Position numbers and translations under genes: made by a program. From Gemmataceae bacterium (GTDB taxonomy: Bacteria > Planctomycetota > Planctomycetia > Gemmatales > Gemmataceae), in NCBI GenBank assembly GCA_022614915.1, contig JAKEHV010000558.1, positions 1 through 17,973 on the forward strand: a DNA stretch of 17,973 bases. The letters run 5' to 3'. The notes under the pieces are model-generated. The model was given only the letters and a program-made list of their open reading frames with translations. It did not search any database and had not been told where the DNA came from. Positions 15,754 through 17,973 of this stretch are shown piece after piece (within the stretch, counting starts at the first letter, position 1; every line of letters starts with the position of its first letter).

Positions 15754-17379
15754 ATGCTGCGTATCACCGGCGGCAAAGTCTACGACCCCGCCAACAACAT
15801 CAACGGCGTCGTCCGGGATATCTGCATCGCGGATAGCCGCATCGTCGCCGGCGTCGAGGGCGGCCGAAGCATCGACGCCACCGGCATGATCGTTTTCCCC
15901 GGCGGTGTGGACATTCACACACACGTGGCCGGGGCGGCGCTCAACTTCGCGCGGGCCATGACCCCGGAAAACCAGCGCGCCGCCGCCAAGTTCACGCACA
16001 CGCCCGAGCGGCGCATGGGCATCGGCGGGCCCACGCCCACCACCTTCGCGACCGGCTACCTTTACGCCGGCATGGGCTACACCACCGTCGTCGAAGCCGC
16101 AGTCCCCGTCCTGTCCGCCAAGCACACGCACGAAGAGCTGCGCGATACACCCATCGTCGACAAGGCGTCCTGCCTGTTGATGGCCAATAACGAAATCGTG
16201 CTCGACCTTCTAGAAGCCGGCGACGTCGAGCAGGCCAAGCACGTCGTCGCCTGGCTCGTCTGGGCGGCGAAGGCCTACGGCGTCAAAGCAGTCAACCCCG
16301 GCGGCGTCACGGCCTGGAAGTGGGGCAAGGACGCCAAGATCATGTCCGAACCGGTCTATGGCTACAACAAAGTGACGCCGGCAAAGATTGTTTCCAGTTT
16401 GGCCAGGATCATCGATCAACTTGGTTTGCCACATCCTCTACACCTGCACTGCAACAACCTGGGCGCGCCGGGCAACGTCGCCACCACGCTCGAAACCATG
16501 AAGGTGCTCGAAGGCAACCGGGCACACATGGCACATTTGCAGTTCCATAGCTATGGTGGCGACGACTGGCACTCGATGCGCTCCGAGGCGACGCAGATCG
16601 CCGATTACTTTAACGCCCATCCCAACCTCACTGCCGACGCCGGCGCGGTCCTCTTCGGCAACGCGGTCACCATCACCGCCGACGGGCCGTGGCAGCACTT
16701 GCTCTATCAGCTCACCGGCCGCAAGTGGGGCAACCTCGACGTCGAAAACGAAACCGGCTGCGGCATCGTGCCCTACACCTACAAGGGCAGCAATCTTGTC
16801 AACGCGGTGCAGTGGGCCGTCGGCTTGGAGCTCTTGCTCTTGATCAAGGACCCGTGGCGCATCTTTTTGACCACGGACCATCCCAACGGCGCGTGCTTCT
16901 GGCGCTATCCGGAGATCATACACCTCTTGATGAACGCCGACGCCCGCAATGAGCGCGTCCGCAAGCTGCCGGAAAAGGCGCTCAAGCGCATCGTTCTCGC
17001 CGACCTAGACCGGCAATACACGCTGTCGGAAATCGCCATCATCACTTCCGCGGGCCCGGCGCGAGCGCTCGGACTGAAGCAAAAGGGCCACCTCGGCGTG
17101 GGCGCCGACGCCGACGTGACCATCTACAACGAAAACCCGGACGGCGAACTCATGTTCCGCTATCCGCGCTACGTCATCAAAGCGGGCGAAGTCGTCGTCG
17201 AGGAGGGCGACATCCGCGCCGGGCACGATGGCCGCGAGTTCGTCGTCAAGCCGGCGTTCGACGAGAAGATAGAAGAGTTTCTGCGACCGGTGTTCCAGCA
17301 GTATTACACGATGTCGTTCGACAACTACCCGGTTGAGCTGGAACGCATACACAGATTAGAGATCGCGGCTTGCCATTAG
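15754..17379 (+). CDS. fwdA: Formylmethanofuran dehydrogenase subunit A (amidohydrolase-superfamily FwdA/FhcA)
   Basis: N-terminus (MLRITGGKVYDPANNINGVVRDICIADSRIVAGVEGGRSIDATGMIVFPGGVDIHTHVAGA) is collinear with FwdA (M..I.NG.VYDP.NGI.GE..DI.I.DGKI......IDA.G..VMPGGVD.HSHIAG). ~541 aa. Confidence 0.8.
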   Translation: MLRITGGKVYDPANNINGVVRDICIADSRIVAGVEGGRSIDATGMIVFPGGVDIHTHVAGAALNFARAMTPENQRAAAKFTHTPERRMGIGGPTPTTFATGYLYAGMGYTTVVEAAVPVLSAKHTHEELRDTPIVDKASCLLMANNEIVLDLLEAGDVEQAKHVVAWLVWAAKAYGVKAVNPGGVTAWKWGKDAKIMSEPVYGYNKVTPAKIVSSLARIIDQLGLPHPLHLHCNNLGAPGNVATTLETMKVLEGNRAHMAHLQFHSYGGDDWHSMRSEATQIADYFNAHPNLTADAGAVLFGNAVTITADGPWQHLLYQLTGRKWGNLDVENETGCGIVPYTYKGSNLVNAVQWAVGLELLLLIKDPWRIFLTTDHPNGACFWRYPEIIHLLMNADARNERVRKLPEKALKRIVLADLDRQYTLSEIAIITSAGPARALGLKQKGHLGVGADADVTIYNENPDGELMFRYPRYVIKAGEVVVEEGDIRAGHDGREFVVKPAFDEKIEEFLRPVFQQYYTMSFDNYPVELERIHRLEIAACH

Positions 17380-17382
17380 CTC

Positions 17383-17476
17383 GTGGGGCGGACATTCTTG
17401 TCTGCCAGGCAGGCTCGAAACCTGCCCCACTTGGACTTGACTCACCAACTACGGCAGACAGGAATGTCTGCCCCAC
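17383..17476. repeat. 24-bp imperfect inverted repeat (22/24) flanking a 6-bp-stem inner hairpin in the fwdA-fwdC spacer; GTGGGGCAG-type motif present 3x
   Basis: 17383-17406 (gtggggcggacattcttgtctgcc) vs revcomp of 17453-17476 (gtggggcagacattcctgtctgcc). Inner hairpin ggcagg-ctcgaaa-cctgcc at 17407-17425. The right arm is itself palindromic (ggcaga...tctgcc), allowing alternative folds. Confidence 0.6.
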
Positions 17477-17482
17477 AAGAGC

Positions 17483-17973
17483 ATGATAACGCTGACTCTC
17501 AAAGAACAACCGTCAGTGCCTCTGGAAACGGAGGTCATCTCGCCCGATGTGACCGCGAGCTTGACGCACGACGCGCTTCGTGCCCTGCCCGTGTACTTGG
17601 GCAAGCGTCATTGCCGGCTGGACGATTTCTTCGCGGTCGAAGGAGCCGCCAGCGACGCCATCGAACTGCGCGGCGACCTCTCGAAAGTGAAATGGATCGG
17701 CCGGGCCATGACGCGTGGCCGCATCAGCGTGCAGGGCAACGCCGGCATGCACCTGGGCGCGTACATGAAGGGCGGCAGCATCGAAGTGGCGGGCAACGCC
17801 TCTGACTGGGTCGGCGCCGAGATGACCGGCGGGCTCATTCGCGTGCGCGGCAACGCCGGCGGCCAAATCGGCGCGGCCTACCGCGGCAGCCTCGCCGGCA
17901 TGAACGGCGGAGCAATCCTCATCGGCGGCTCGGCGGGCCTCGAAGTCGGCATGCGCATGAAACGCGGCATCAT
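17483..17973 (+). CDS. fwdC: Formylmethanofuran dehydrogenase subunit C (FwdC beta-helix repeat protein), 3'-truncated by the window end
   Basis: Not in the ORF track because it runs off the window. Frame 2 from ATG 17483: MITLTLKEQPSV...RISVQGNAGMHLGAYMKGGSIEVAGNASDWVGAEMTGGLIRVRGNAGGQIGAAYRGSLAGMNGGAILIGG. These are the repeated G-N-A-G / M-x-G-G-x-I-x-V beta-helix units characteristic of FwdC and GltB C-terminal domains. Confidence 0.7.
   Translation, partial: MITLTLKEQPSVPLETEVISPDVTASLTHDALRALPVYLGKRHCRLDDFFAVEGAASDAIELRGDLSKVKWIGRAMTRGRISVQGNAGMHLGAYMKGGSIEVAGNASDWVGAEMTGGLIRVRGNAGGQIGAAYRGSLAGMNGGAILIGGSAGLEVGMRMKRGI

Overview
This window is high-GC (about 62-65% by eye) bacterial chromosomal DNA containing about 20 protein-coding genes and no rRNA, tRNA or CRISPR. 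Features, left to right:
(1) A REP-associated tyrosine transposase (RAYT, an IS200/TnpA-REP-like HuH enzyme) on the minus strand. It is flanked by at least three copies of a ~78-bp internally palindromic REP element in inverted orientation, forming a BIME-like array at the left edge of the window.
(2) A secreted hypothetical protein, then a neutral/alkaline ceramidase-like hydrolase on the minus strand.
(3) A membrane-anchored bacterial PH-domain protein, then a 78-nt near-perfect hairpin, then an orphan ECF-transporter T component (EcfT/CbiQ-like).
(4) An NfeD-flotillin (SPFH) operon preceded by a structured leader with three tandem hairpins and a 9-3-9 palindrome. The NfeD carries a His/Asp/Gly-rich repeat insert.
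(5) A convergent S41 peptidase and, upstream of it on the minus strand, a small low-GC BamE/SmpA-OmlA-like membrane protein.
(6) An unusual three-domain fusion: aldo/keto reductase + PNK-like P-loop kinase + HAD-IIIA (GmhB/PNKP-like, Cys-rich zinc loop) phosphatase.
(7) A formylmethanofuran dehydrogenase-type cluster, fwdD-fwdB-[insert]-fwdA-fwdC. fwdB has an in-frame TGA at 13225-13227 in a conserved U-H-G-P-T active-site context, followed by a GC hairpin. I read this as a selenocysteine codon plus SECIS; the ORF track splits the gene in two there.
(8) A ~1.5-kb lower-GC insert of four small genes between fwdB and fwdA, ending in a PIN-domain (VapC-like) toxin that is translationally coupled to an upstream partner.
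Most interesting, in order: the selenoprotein FwdB with its in-gene SECIS, the toxin-bearing insertion splitting the fwd operon, the AKR-kinase-phosphatase fusion, and several strongly structured intergenic elements.
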